Assembly (NCBI GenBank): GCA_013239625.1
Contig: MU054323.1
Span: forward strand, 15,504,029-15,568,028
Reading direction: 5' to 3'
DNA length: 64,000 nucleotides
Source: Lama guanicoe
Lineage: Eukaryota
The translations under genes and the position numbers were made by a program. Under the pieces are notes generated by a model. It searched no databases and was not told the DNA's origin. It worked only from the letters and a program-made list of their open reading frames with translations. Shown one piece after another: positions 1-12,127 of the stretch. How positions within the stretch are numbered: position 1 is the stretch's first letter; the number at the start of each line of letters is the position of its first letter.

Positions 1-292
1 TACTTTTATTCGGGTTAAGGAGAAGCCAGTATAGATTTTACTCAGGGGAGTTTCAGTTCCTTGGTGTGATGAGGGTAGTGATTGCTTTGTTTACTTACTT
101 TACTTTACTTTGCATTGCTTTATTGCTTGTTGTAAGTAAAAAAAAAAAAAAGAAATTATATTGAGTTTAGTAAATTTCCATCAAGGTTTAACCCTCTACT
201 TTCAGAATTTTCTAGAGGCTATTTGAAAAACATAAAAAGGCACCACTCAAAAATGACCTTGAATATGCCTTGTTTGTTTTTAACTCCTTTAG

Positions 293-475
293 AAACAAAG
301 CCAGCCTGTGTCTTCAACAACGTGGAATACAGTGATGGAGATATGTTTCGAATGGACAACTGTCGGTTCTGTCGATGCCAAGGGGGTGTGTCCATCTGCT
401 TCACTGCCCAGTGCGGCGAGCTGAACTGCGAGAGATACTACGTGCCCGAGGGGGAGTGCTGCCCTGTGTGTGAAG
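293..475 (+). CDS. CRIM1: CRIM1 internal coding exon (approx. exon 6; VWC repeat 1), 183 bp, phase 1-1
   Basis: Acceptor ttttaactcctttAG|, donor GAAG|GTGAG. Translates ETKPACVFNNVEYSDGDMFRMDNCRFCRCQGGVSICFTAQCGELNCERYYVPEGECCPVCE, with VWC CxxCxC and CCPxC motifs; recognised as CRIM1. Confidence 0.97.
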
Positions 476-2867
476 GTGAGGAGAGGTGCTGATTAAAGAT
501 TCAGGAGGATAGACCTGTTCAGAGCTCTAATACCAAAGCTGAGCTGATTCACTCTCATCCGAGATAGAGGACGATGGAAGAGACTCCCTTTTTTTTTTGA
601 CATTGTGGTCTTCCTTGGAGGACTTTGATAACGCCAGATAGACTGTGTGAAGATTCTTCCCCGAGGGAAGTTTTGCCCTGGGTGTAGACAAGGATCCCGT
701 TTCCTCGGGTCAGCATGAGATTTGCCGAAGGGGCTTTCTGCTCCTCCTCTGCAGTCCTTGCAGCTCCTTGGTGAGTCCTGGGGACTTTTATTTAATCCTC
801 ACATTAGAATTCCACCCAGATCGCTCACCTAAGACTGGACAGCCCTAGTCACTTGATGATCTCAACCAGTCCACTCAGACAGGAACTGACCCTGCCTCCT
901 TTCTGGTACCCAGTCCCATCCAGGTGAGAGCAGGATCCCCCTCCCCCAATCCTTTGAAAATGTGTGGCAGTCAGAGTGGGGTCAAAGGGTGGCGTGATGG
1001 TGACACCAGTTCAAGGCCCAGACAAGTGTCAGGAGTGGCCCTGGGCAGAAGGCTCTCCAGGGTTTGCTTTCTCTATGTTCCCCAAGAAATAATAGGTCCA
1101 TGTTCTTCCAGCAAGCTCGACCCTTCCGTCTCTGATGTTCAGAAATAATAAACATTTCAGAAGGACAGCTCTGAATATCATATTCCACAACCCGCATGTT
1201 TTAAGGATTAGGGTATCAGAAAAGAAGTCACTTGTCTTGAGTCTCTGGTAAAGCCAGAAACAGTACCACCACGCCTGACTGTGTCTCTGGGCTGAGTGCA
1301 CGACCCTGTTCCCCAGGAAGGAAGGTCGCGTGAGCAGTGTTGTCCTGCCTGGGCCACAGACCTCAGCCTGGAGTCAGGCGTGTCCATCTCACGTCTGACC
1401 TTCCCCCGTCCTTACCTCCGCACATGAAAATGGAGGACAGGATTTCTGGCCGGGCTTCATATCTTTTTCTGTTTTCTAAAATCCATTTCTTTTCAATATT
1501 TGAGCTCTACTCACCATATAATACTGAAGGTCTGAAATTATTTAACGTATACAAACTACATTCCTAACATTGAACAGTAGTTCATGGAGGGAAGCCCTTT
1601 CCCCTGTTAGAAATTATTTTTACTAATGTAGGAGAGGTCATGGGGGATTTTAAAAAATCACATCAAACTTTTAACCTTCCCGATTGCTCTGTTCCCTAGT
1701 TACCCCCGGTGTTTATAGGCTCTGAAACTATGTAGCAGTTGGTGGTGTGAAAACAGATATGAACCTCTGTAATAATCATAATGAGTTGTCTGGGCACCGA
1801 TCTGGTTGTGTCTCACTTCCTGGAATTCAGATCCAGGCTTAAAGTAGAAGTGAAGTATGCAGTGTAATAATGTTTATAAAGAAATTTTATAAAGTCTTAT
1901 CTAACTCAGGTTTCTTGGCTGCTTCCATCTCTGGAAGACTGCCTTTCTGAAGCTGTGACTGCATGGTTTTCAGTTTTGGCCTTCTCACTCCCATGTAACG
2001 CCTACTACCTCTTTGGAATAGAGAGGACCAACCTCAAAACTGCCTGGACTTTGCTCCCAGCCCAGTAGCACTTGCTTCTTGAGGCCAGATTTTATGAAAA
2101 AGAACATTGAGTGATTTATCTAGTTGCTTTCATTCAGAAGGATGGTTAAGGATTTCGTATTTATGTGCTTGTCAATAACCTCAGAAAACTGTTTCCACAG
2201 TAGCCTTGGCTACCTCCATTCCCCAGTCTCAGCTGCTGCTTGACCACTCAGCTCGGGGGAGAAAAATTGCATCAGTTCACTGATTTCCCTCCAGGGCACA
2301 AGCTGTGCTGTGTATGGTTTAAACCAGGTGTGTCAGCCTTGTCATGCATGAGGCCACAGTAGGGGCCTCCCTGTCTCCACATGGACTTCCAGGCACCCTG
2401 AGAGAGACTCCAGTTAGTCCTAGAAGGAACAGGCTCACTCTGAGTTAGCTGGGGGCATCATTCTTTCCACTTTCCAGGGGGTGAAACTGAGGTGTGATAA
2501 ACCTTTAAACTGACAACTCAGAAGACATTGTCAGAGCCTAAAAAAGACTTGCATTTTCTCATTACCAACCCACAGCTCCATCCACAAAGTTCTGCAGCTT
2601 TGTGAAATGGTAACACCTGCACACTGGTTTTTATGCCTCTGATCCCCTCCCCTGTCTGCCGTGTCGGGATGGGTGGACATAAATTCAGGATGACAGCTAC
2701 TTTTGCATGTCCCCCTGGAGATATCTCCTGCAGCCCTGAGCTTCTGCTGAGCACAGCTGGAAAAGAACTGCTGATGACGAGAACCTGGGAAAGAACGTCT
2801 CTAGGTGCAGACAGAGAGAAGATGTAGAATGCCCTCAGTCTTACTCTGAACTCACGTTTTAATTTAG

Positions 2868-3065
2868 ATCCCGTGTATCCTTTTAATAACCCTGCTGGCT
2901 GCTATGCCAATGGTCAGATCCGCGCCCACGGAGACCGGTGGCGGGAGGACGACTGCACATTCTGCCAGTGCATCAACGGAGAGCCCCACTGCGTCGCGAC
3001 CGCCTGCGGGCAGAGCTGCATGAACCCCGTCAAAGTGCCTGGGGAATGTTGCCCCGTGTGTGAAG
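2868..3065 (+). CDS. CRIM1: CRIM1 exon (approx. exon 7; VWC repeat 2), 198 bp
   Basis: Acceptor aatttAG|, donor GAAG|GTAAAC. Translates DPVYPFNNPAGCYANGQIRAHGDRWREDDCTFCQCINGEPHCVATACGQSCMNPVKVPGECCPVCE, in frame with the previous exon. Confidence 0.97.
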
Positions 3066-4582
3066 GTAAACCTTGTAGATTCTAATGAGTCCCTGGTGAG
3101 TGTCTCGTGTTGGATAAGCTTCTACCAGTATATGCTTGTTTGTTTTTTATTTCCTCGGGCATAATGTCTGCTTCATGCTGTTACCAGTCGCATATGAATT
3201 CATTATACAGCCCAAACTAATCATTTGGGAGAAATGTTGCAAATTTATAATAAGAATAGTGTGGGTCTTTATTTTACCACTGCAGATGGGCTTATCTGAG
3301 TACTTCACAGTCGAAGAATATACACACTTTAATTCTGTTCACTGCAAGCCCAGTTATCATCCTAAGGTCAACACAATGAAATAAAATTGGACATAAGACC
3401 CATGACTCAAAGCATAGCATGTTCAACTTGCAGTGCTCCATATGCCAGAGTCCTGGCAGCCAGGAAGAAAAACCTAGAACCATCAAAGGGGTTTTCGCTG
3501 CCTTGAGTCCTTGGTTACCTACATTCATTGCCTCTCTTCCTGTTTAATGGAGGGAGCCTGAGATATCTTGGACTAGTCTTTCTGCCCAACCCCTATTCCA
3601 GGCCATTTTCCTCATCCTGGGAAGATTCTTTGCACAGCTAAGCAAGTTAGTCTTAATCCTTGGTCCATGTCTGTTTGTATAGGCAAGAGATTGAATATTT
3701 CTACTGACAGATCCAATAGAGAGTATCCATCATTAAGAAGCATATTTGCATAGTAAAATGAACTAAACTGGGTCACAAAGTAATGTGTGGAAGATGGAGC
3801 CTTCTAGAATTTTTTAAAATAGCTATTAAGGAACTCACAGGTCTTTAGAAATCCAGTTAAGTAGACTGAGTCCTCTATCAAGAAGTCTTTTTCTTTTACC
3901 TAAATTTTAATCAATTCAGACTTCAGAGTTTGCCTGACTGGCTTCATTAACCTCTGTGGGGTTAGAATTATTAAAGACCTTAAAAACCATATAAAAATTT
4001 AAGCTGGAGGATTCTGGTACTGTTGACATCACCAATTCCCTCACTGTTACTCCACTCAGAGTGCAGCTGTCACGCTCCAAAACTTTATAGCTTCCAGATG
4101 ACCAATTTTGTGGAAATCACCCACCCACCTCCCTTGCACACATACTCCTCCCATCCCCTAAAGGCAGCATTTCAATGCTAGAAAAAGGAGTGTATGATGA
4201 TACGTATGATGGTGTACAGTCTGCTTTACAAGGAAGGATACCTTGCTGAAGCAAATGAAGATGAGAATATCCCTAAGAATTAAAGACAGTCAGTGGTCGA
4301 TTTGACATATTTAAGTATATATATGTACATGATAAGGTGAGAAGAATTAAAAGCATAAATGTATCATCCAGTAAATACTAACCCTTTAACTTCATGAGTC
4401 CTGAATCATAAATTGAAAATAAGACTGAAAAAAAAAAAAGAACTTGTCTAAAAAACAGGGTCTTTTTTTCCAAAAGTAAAGAAGGGAAGGCAAATCCTTT
4501 TGCACTCATTTTTTGCAATCATTAGCCTGTCCATTTTGGGTAGAGAAGGGAAGTAGCTGGTGAATAGAAGAAAACCTTTATC

Positions 4583-4585
<3 letters not shown>

Positions 4586-4616
<31 letters not shown>
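4586..4616. repeat. (AC)15 microsatellite
   Basis: Read directly from the sequence. Confidence 0.95.
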
Positions 4617-4619
<3 letters not shown>

Positions 4620-4929
4620 TTGAGAAACTGATTACTCTCATGTCATATGGATGTTTGGGTGGGGAGGGGATGTCAGTTTGATCACTTGGAGTTTGGTCTC
4701 TGCAGCATCTGGTAAAGTTGTAATCTTATCTTCCACTGTTTAAGAGTGACGGTTTGAGTCAGCCGTTAATTCCAAAACATTCATTAAGAACCTTCTGTAA
4801 TCCAGATACCACACTGGACACAAAGATAAGTAAGCGAGAACTCCTAGTTAACTTTGGCGAAACTATTTAGGCTGCTTTGAATTAAACCAGGAGGAAAGGA
4901 ATGTCCACACTGAGGTTCTGTGGGGTGAG

Positions 4930-5095
4930 TGCTTTATATTTGTATCTTACTTATTTCATTTAATCCTCACAGACACCTGTGTGCTTGAAGGCCATACCAT
5001 CCCATTTTAGAGATGAAGAAACTAAGGTTTAGAGAGATCAGATAATTTCCTCCAACGTCAGTGGTCAGCACGTGGCTGATCTGGGGTCAGCCGAA
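4930..5095 (-). mobile_element. MIR SINE relic
   Basis: tcatttaatcctcaca...cccattttagagatgaagaaactaaggtttagagag matches the MIR core in reverse orientation. Confidence 0.75.
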
Positions 5096-6954
5096 GTCTG
5101 TCCGATTCGGCTGCGTTTTTGTCTGCTTCCCCTGCTCCCAGATGTCATCGTAGTGTCCTCCTGCCTGTATTTCTGGTTCCCTTATTAATCTCTCCTCATC
5201 TTTGGCTTTTGGGAGACACCGAAGTCAGGTGACAGGGAGGAAGCCATTTGCAGTTTGACAACTGTTGCAGGCGTTTTTGATGTGATCTCCCACCTGCCCT
5301 CTCCACTCCGTTTGGGGACCTCAGGGGAAGGATGCCTTTGAGGCACATCCTAGATTTGCTTCTCAAGCCGCACACCCAGGTCAGCTCTGCCCTGCCGGAC
5401 TTGGCATCCTTCTTTCAGGCTGTTAGGCTCTGCTGGTTCAGTTCCCTTCTGTCTCCTTCATGCTCTGGCACTTGCCTTTCTTCACTGAGACGTTCAGAAG
5501 CTTCCATTGTCTAGTTCTCCGAGCACTAATTTATCTTCTGTTTCTTGTTTTTGTTTTTAACTCAGTTAAGTAGTGAGCTTCATGTAAGATTGGGTTTGTG
5601 TGACAGTAATGCTCCCATGTAACGATGTGTTCGGAAGACAGACCCTTGTGGTATGGGATCAGAATAGAGTGCGCAGCTGAAGATAATGATCGTAAAAGTT
5701 TATTATTATTGACTAATAGTAAACTTACAGAATAATACATGGTGACTAGATGTTACTGCTTATTAGTTTTTAGGATCCAAGAACATCTCTGGAACTATTT
5801 GAAGGTATTTTTCTCAGGAGTTAATTCAATCGCATATTTAAATAGAATTTCAAGTGATTTCGGAAGAGCCAAAGGATTCGATGAAATAAGAAAAAAGCAA
5901 GGTGGTGTTGTGTAAAAAAAATCAGCCAGAATTATTTGGAGAAAGACAGAAACACAGGTATTTATGCAGTTTAAACATAGTAAGTTCCTCTGCACACGAC
6001 TGCGTCACTAATGTTGGCCATCACCCTTGTTAGCTACGGTCCCAAGGTACAAGGTCAGAGCCTGAACTTTGATGAAAGGACCCCACACAAGGGTTGTGGT
6101 TTTAGATTCTTCCTAAATGAATTACTGGTGTGGTACATGGTGTGTTAGGACCTGCGGGGAAGAGGAACCTTGTTGTGGCTGCTGCTGTTAGGAGAGGTAC
6201 ATACCTTCCAAGTGACTGTATAATATGCTTGGTTACTCCTGGAGGACTGGGGATGTGAACCCGGGGGCCCTTAAAGGCTATGCTGTTACTTGACAGCTAA
6301 CTCTATTCACAAGTACCTAAGAGCTTTTCAAATTGGCACTTAAGTACTCTCATGATTAAGTCTTAGCAAGTTATTGTCAACACCCAATTCGAGTTTACAG
6401 ATAAGCCATCCCAGTTTGTAGGTCTGTAAGTGATTGCATTCTTATGTTTTGCTCTGTTGGCTTTTCTCATCATCTCCTCTTGTTCGTCAATGGCAGTATT
6501 TTTATTTTCTGGCCCTTGTAAAAGGCTGGAATGGACATACATGGAAGAGCATATACAGTTTGCAGTTTAAGCACATACATGGAATTGAGTCTTCCTTGGC
6601 ATGGACCACCATTTGCATCATCTTATTTACAGCCCTAGGACAGTAGCTAACATTTCTCCACACTGGGTGTGAGCCAGGCCTCAGTGCTTTTAAGAGCATC
6701 AGCCCACTGATCCCCACAACTTCCTTCTGGTGGAAATATTGCCATCCCAGTTTATGATCACAGAGCCCAAGTTCAGAAGTCATGTAACGTCCCCAAGGAC
6801 TACAGCTTGAAAGTGGCAGAGCAGTGGCTCTCGATCCCGCAGGGATATTGCCTGAGACAAACAGGGCACCGACTGCCCCTCCTGTTGGCCAGTAACCTGG
6901 AAGGAGCTACGTCCCCCGTGAGCTATGCTTTTGAATCTCTAAAATTACCTGAAA

Positions 6955-7012
6955 TGAAAGTAGGTGCTCAAAAATTGTTAATGAATGAATGATGAGTGAG
7001 TGGATGAGTGAG
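6955..7012 (+). mobile_element. L2 3' terminus
   Basis: agtaggtgctcaaaaattgttaatgaatgaatga is a typical L2 tail. Confidence 0.6.
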
Positions 7013-10000
7013 TGAAGGAGAAAAAGACTGACGTGGGAGATCACAGCCAGACTCCTGGTACTTCTTAGCTGAGGAAGCCAGTAGACTCGGAGGGTTTCCA
7101 TAACCAGTGCTGTTAAAGGGGTCAGATGCTGACCCCTGGTGAGCTGAAAAAGGAACAATGTTAGAAGGCTTGTATTTGAAAATGCACTTTGAGAACAGAA
7201 GGCAGAGTGTTCTGCCAAGTGGGTGTGGTGCACAGTGGGTCCGGGTGAGTTGGACCAGTTAAGCTTCAGGTGGACTGCTCACCCTCCTGGTGAGCACTTA
7301 GCTCTCGACCCCCTCCAAGGGCGGCCTTTCCAGACTGGTTTGTAAATTGTGGTTTATTCTCTCCCATTGCAGTCCAGAAACACAGAGTTCAGGTGGGCCT
7401 TCTCCAGACCCTCCAATTAAAACATTCCTTTAGGGTGTATAGGTACCACTGCATTGTTTTTAGCTAGAATTTTTTTTACTATCACAATTAGATGTTGAGA
7501 CTAATTTGCTAATGTATTTTCCAATAATGCCAGGTATAAATGCTATCTAAGTCAATGTTTAATGTCAGAGGGACGTCCCTAAGGGCAGAGTGCCTTTTTC
7601 TAAAAAAAAACAAACCAAAAAACCCAGTTTGTTTTATAATTAAAGGTAAGATAAGGGACGGAAATTTTGGCTGCAGGATATATGTGACATGCCTGTGATG
7701 CAAGAAAAATGCAAGATATGTGGACAAATGTGAGGCCAGCTTGACCGTGACTGCCTGATGCAGGAGATAAGAGTTTCATCATCACTGATTGGTCTTGATG
7801 TCAGGCTTGATCTGCTGTCTCATCTTGGGCTTTGGCTGGACCCTGCCCAGGTGGCCACTGTGACCTGGGTGTTCTTTAGGCCCAGAGTGTGCAGAGTCTC
7901 CTGCTGGGAGGAGCTGATGGTTTCGGTGACCTTGGGGATTTCAGAGCCAACACCAAGAGTATCACTTTTCAAGAATAGAAACAACATAGGTAATAGTTTA
8001 CAAGGTAACATTCAATACTAGGATTTGGGTTGCTAGTAAATAAATTCCACGCTTGTGGTTGGGCAGTTAGGTGCTTTCATTTCTAATGTTTCTGTTTCTC
8101 TGAAACAAAAGCGAAATCCGTTTCCCATTTCACACAGGAAATCAGAGCGTTTGTAGATGGTCACAGCTGAGTAACAGGTAGAGGAAGGTCCACCATGTTA
8201 GTGTATCTGCTTCAGTATTTTTGGAGAGTCTTCCGTAATGAAAGCTTTAAATGAGTGTTATTTGCAGTTACTGTCTGACACTGAGCTGATTTTCAGGCAG
8301 GCCTAGTAACTCTGCTAACCTGGACTGAACGAACTCTTGAAATGGAAGAATATGAGGCTGATTCCCTGCCTGTGGATTCTTTCTAACTCCCTGGCCTTAG
8401 GATGGAATGTGATTAAACTAGACAATCAACTGTTTTCCTGCCGCCTGGCTTTCTTGGAACCCTTTCTTGGGGAATCATGGTCTTGCTTGGGACACTGGGG
8501 ACACTGCTAAAGAGAGGGCATTAGGCGTTTCTTGACTGTGCTGGATAGAAGCCACTTCAGCATCAACTCACCTAGTAGGTCTCCTGCGGTGGTCCTCTAA
8601 AGGGCTGGAAGTCTGAGCTGTGAAATAGGTTGTCCTCCTCATCAATCCTAGTTTTATGGGAGCACTATATTCTTTCCCATAAATTCTGATGATACGATTT
8701 GAATCAAACCGCCCTTCAAATGAGATTTCTGCTGGGCTGCCGGAAAAGTCTGTACCAGGCACATATCTGGGTGGGAATTCTTTGAAACAAGAAAAAATGT
8801 TTCCAGCCCTGCCCATAAGACTTCCTCACCAAACAGTATCTCAAATGATTAAGCTACTGCTTCTGTGGCAAGAAGTCAAACATAGTTTGGCTGACCCGAT
8901 AGGCAGTGAAGTCCAAGATGCCACAGGGTCACCTGATATTAATGTTCTGGTACATAACAGGGATCAAAACTCAGTTTATGGGTGGTAGTGCTTCAGTGCC
9001 ATATACTATGCTATTATTAGCAGGCCAAGAATAATAAAATATTCGTAATATCTGAAAGACTGTTAGGCATGTTGTTTCATCCTTTAACTCTAAGTGTCCT
9101 GGAAACTAGTTCCATAAATGGAAATTAAAATAGAGCACAGGGTGTTTTTTTGCTTGTCCAAATAAGGTCATTTGTAGGGTAACAAATGCATCACGGATGC
9201 CCATGTGACAGCCTAGGTAGGCCTCTCACCTAAGCATCGGAAATTGTTCGAGGATAAATTTCACAGTATTTTGATTCTCTTTGGGCATTTAAAGCATCTT
9301 TAGGTATTTCAAGTAACATTAGAATGTTATGGTTCAGAGCTGATTCTGAAACGTGATTAGAGAAACCTCTGCCTCTGATTTTCCAGCATTCAACAGTCCT
9401 GGCTGCTAAGTATTTCTCTGTCCAAATGGCCCACAAAGGGCAGGTTCCTCTTTATTTCCTCTGCTCTCCACCTCCCATACCTAAAAGGGCATTACTGCCA
9501 GGAGTCTCATAATTTTCCTACTAAGATAATAATCGAACCTAATAGTTCAGACTTGGGCCTGCTAATTTTCATCTAATCAACTGAGGCAGGAAAACATAGT
9601 CTGGAATGCCAGCTATGTGAATGAAAAATATTTAGTCATTCTTGAAATGATAGGAATGTTTTTCCAACAAGCTTACATAAACACAATCTCTACTGAGACT
9701 GAGTTAAACTTTTTTTGGCTCAGAGACAACTCTTAGGCAACCAAACAGAAGTTAATGAAGGTTATTAAGAGACATGCCCTTCAGAAAAGGCTTGTGAGTG
9801 TTAGAAAGAAAGTCTCCATTTTCCTTATGGTACAACCTTTGACCAGAAGTAACATAATTGGTTTCCTTTTAGCTTCTGTCAGCCTAATAGAACTGGTAAT
9901 CACATTGTCTGCCTCTCGAGAGATGTCCTGCTTCCTAGCCATGGCTTATTAGACCGTCTTAGCTCACAGTCCCCATCTTCATCTCCTTCCAGTTTGCCTC

Positions 10001-10847
10001 AGTTCCGAGGAATGAATTGGTCTCAGCACACCTGTTTATCACACTGACAGCACTGGTCATATGAAGCTTGTTTGTTTGTTCCCAGCAATACCAGGTCCAA
10101 CTATAAAGGAATGAAATTATTTTCAAACATACGAAGATTTACATGTCCAAGTGAAATGTTTGTCTTTTCAGAGTAGTTACATGGGAAAACTATACAGCTC
10201 TTGCAGGAATACAGTCATTTGCAATATTTTTGGTCCTTCTCTGTGGAAGCTGACGTTAGAGCTTGCAGCACATCCTTTGGAATATCCTTAGCTCTGTTAA
10301 CACCTGGCTTTAGAGGTACATTAGACGCTAGGAAATAGAGTCGTTCACATTTAAGTCTGGTGGAAAGGCTGGGAGATCTAGCTGGGTAAAAACTGTTCAG
10401 AGGAAGCAAAAAGTGACAGTAAATAAAGGCACCCTGTCTTCTATGACATAGCAATTTCCTCCGAAAGCACCTCGAAAGAGAAGTTTCAAATAGGATTTTA
10501 ACATGAGCAGCATTTTAGCACAAGCATATAGCCCCCCAAAGTGAGTACTTTTAGCAATAACACTTATTTGTAGGTATAACTCCTGGTGTGTTTATTGGGG
10601 GAAAAAAATCAATTCACTTACTGCAGAGTATTTATATGACTTCTAGGAGCTGGAGGCATATATTTAAATGGTCATCTATTATATTACAACATTTTTGTGA
10701 AATTTCAGGTGTTCCATTCAAACATATTTTCAAATAAGTTAGACTAAGATAATACCCCTATAAAAATAACTTAAAAGAGGTGGTAATTAATATGATTGAT
10801 TTCTAACATTTTAGTACTTGAACTCCATTTCTGATCGTACCATTTTA

Positions 10848-12127
10848 TTTATTTATTTATTCATTCATTTATTCATTCATTTAGGAGGTACTGGGGATTG
10901 AACCCAAGACCTCAAGCATGGTTTCTTTTTTTTTTTAACTTCTGTAATTTTATTTTTTTTAATTGAAATGCAGTCAATTACAATGTGTCAATTTCTGGTG
11001 TACAGCACAATCCCAGTCATGCATATACACACATATATTTGTTTTCATATTTTTTTCATTAAAGGTTATTACAAGATACTGAACATAGTTCCCTGTGCTA
11101 TACAGAAGAAACTATTTTTTAAATCTATTTTTATATATAGTGGCTAACATGTGTAAATCTCAAACTCCCATATTTATCCCTTCTCATCTCTTCCTGAGTA
11201 ACCATAAGATTGTTTACTATGTCTGCGAGTCTGTTTCTGTTTTGTAGATGAGTTCATAGTGTCCTTTTTTTTTTTTTTTAAGATTCCATGTATGAGTGAT
11301 ATCACATGGTATTTTTCTTTCTCTTTCTGGCTTACTTCACTTAGAATGACGATCTCCAGGTCCATCCATGTTGCTGCAGATGTCATTATTTTATTTTTTA
11401 TGGCTGAGTAGTAATCCATTGTATAAATATACTACAACTTCTTTATCCAGTCATCTGTCGATGGGCATTCAGGTTGCTTCCATGTCTTGACTATTGTAAA
11501 TAGTGCTGCTATGAACATTGGGTGCATGTAGCTTTTTAAGTTAGAGTTCCCTCAGGATATATGCCCAGGAGTGGGATTGCTGAATTATATAGTAGGTCTA
11601 TTTTTAGTTTTTTGAGGAATCTCCATACGGTTTTCCATAATGGTTGCACCAAACTATATTCCCACCAGCAGTGTAGGAGGGTTCCCTTTTCTCCACGCCC
11701 TCTCCAGCATTTATCGTTCATGGACTTTTTTTTTTTTCATGGACTTTTGAATGATGACCATTCTGACGGGTGTGAGGTGATATACTTCATTGTAGTTTTG
11801 ATTTGCATTTCTCTGATAATTAGTGATATTGAGCATTTTTTCACGTGCCTATTGGCCATTTATATGTCTTCATTGGAGAATTGCTTGCTTAGGTCCTCTG
11901 CCTGTTTTTGACTTGGGTTGTTTGTTTTTTTGTTATTAAGTTGTATGAGCTGTTTATATATTCTGGAAATTAAGCCTTTGTCAGTTGCATCATTTGCAAA
12001 TGTTTTCTCCCATTCCATAGGTGGTTGTTTTGTTTTGCTTATGGTTTCCTTTGCTGTGCAAAAGCTTATACGTTTAATTAGGTGCCATTTGTTTAAGCAT
12101 CCACTCTGCCACTGAGCTATTGCCTCC
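10848..12127 (-). mobile_element. tRNA-derived SINE (vic-1-like) split in two (10848-10920 and ~12096-12127) by an L1 insertion
   Basis: The minus strand reads GGAGGCAATAGCTCAGTGGCAGAGTGG (A box) ... GGTTCAATCCCCAGTACCTCC (B box) with a TAAA/TGAA tail. A 15-bp TSD flanks both halves: GATCGTACCATTTTA (10833-10847) / GATTGTACCATTTTA (12128-12142). Confidence 0.88.
10922..12095 (-). mobile_element. 5'-truncated LINE-1 (ORF2 C-terminus, 3' UTR, poly(A)), ~1.17 kb
   Basis: Minus-strand peptides SFCTAKETI...[27 protein letters not shown]...[16 protein letters not shown] and YYSAIKNK...ATWMDLEIVILSEVSQ are typical L1 ORF2 C-terminal motifs. Poly-T at the left end. Confidence 0.95.
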
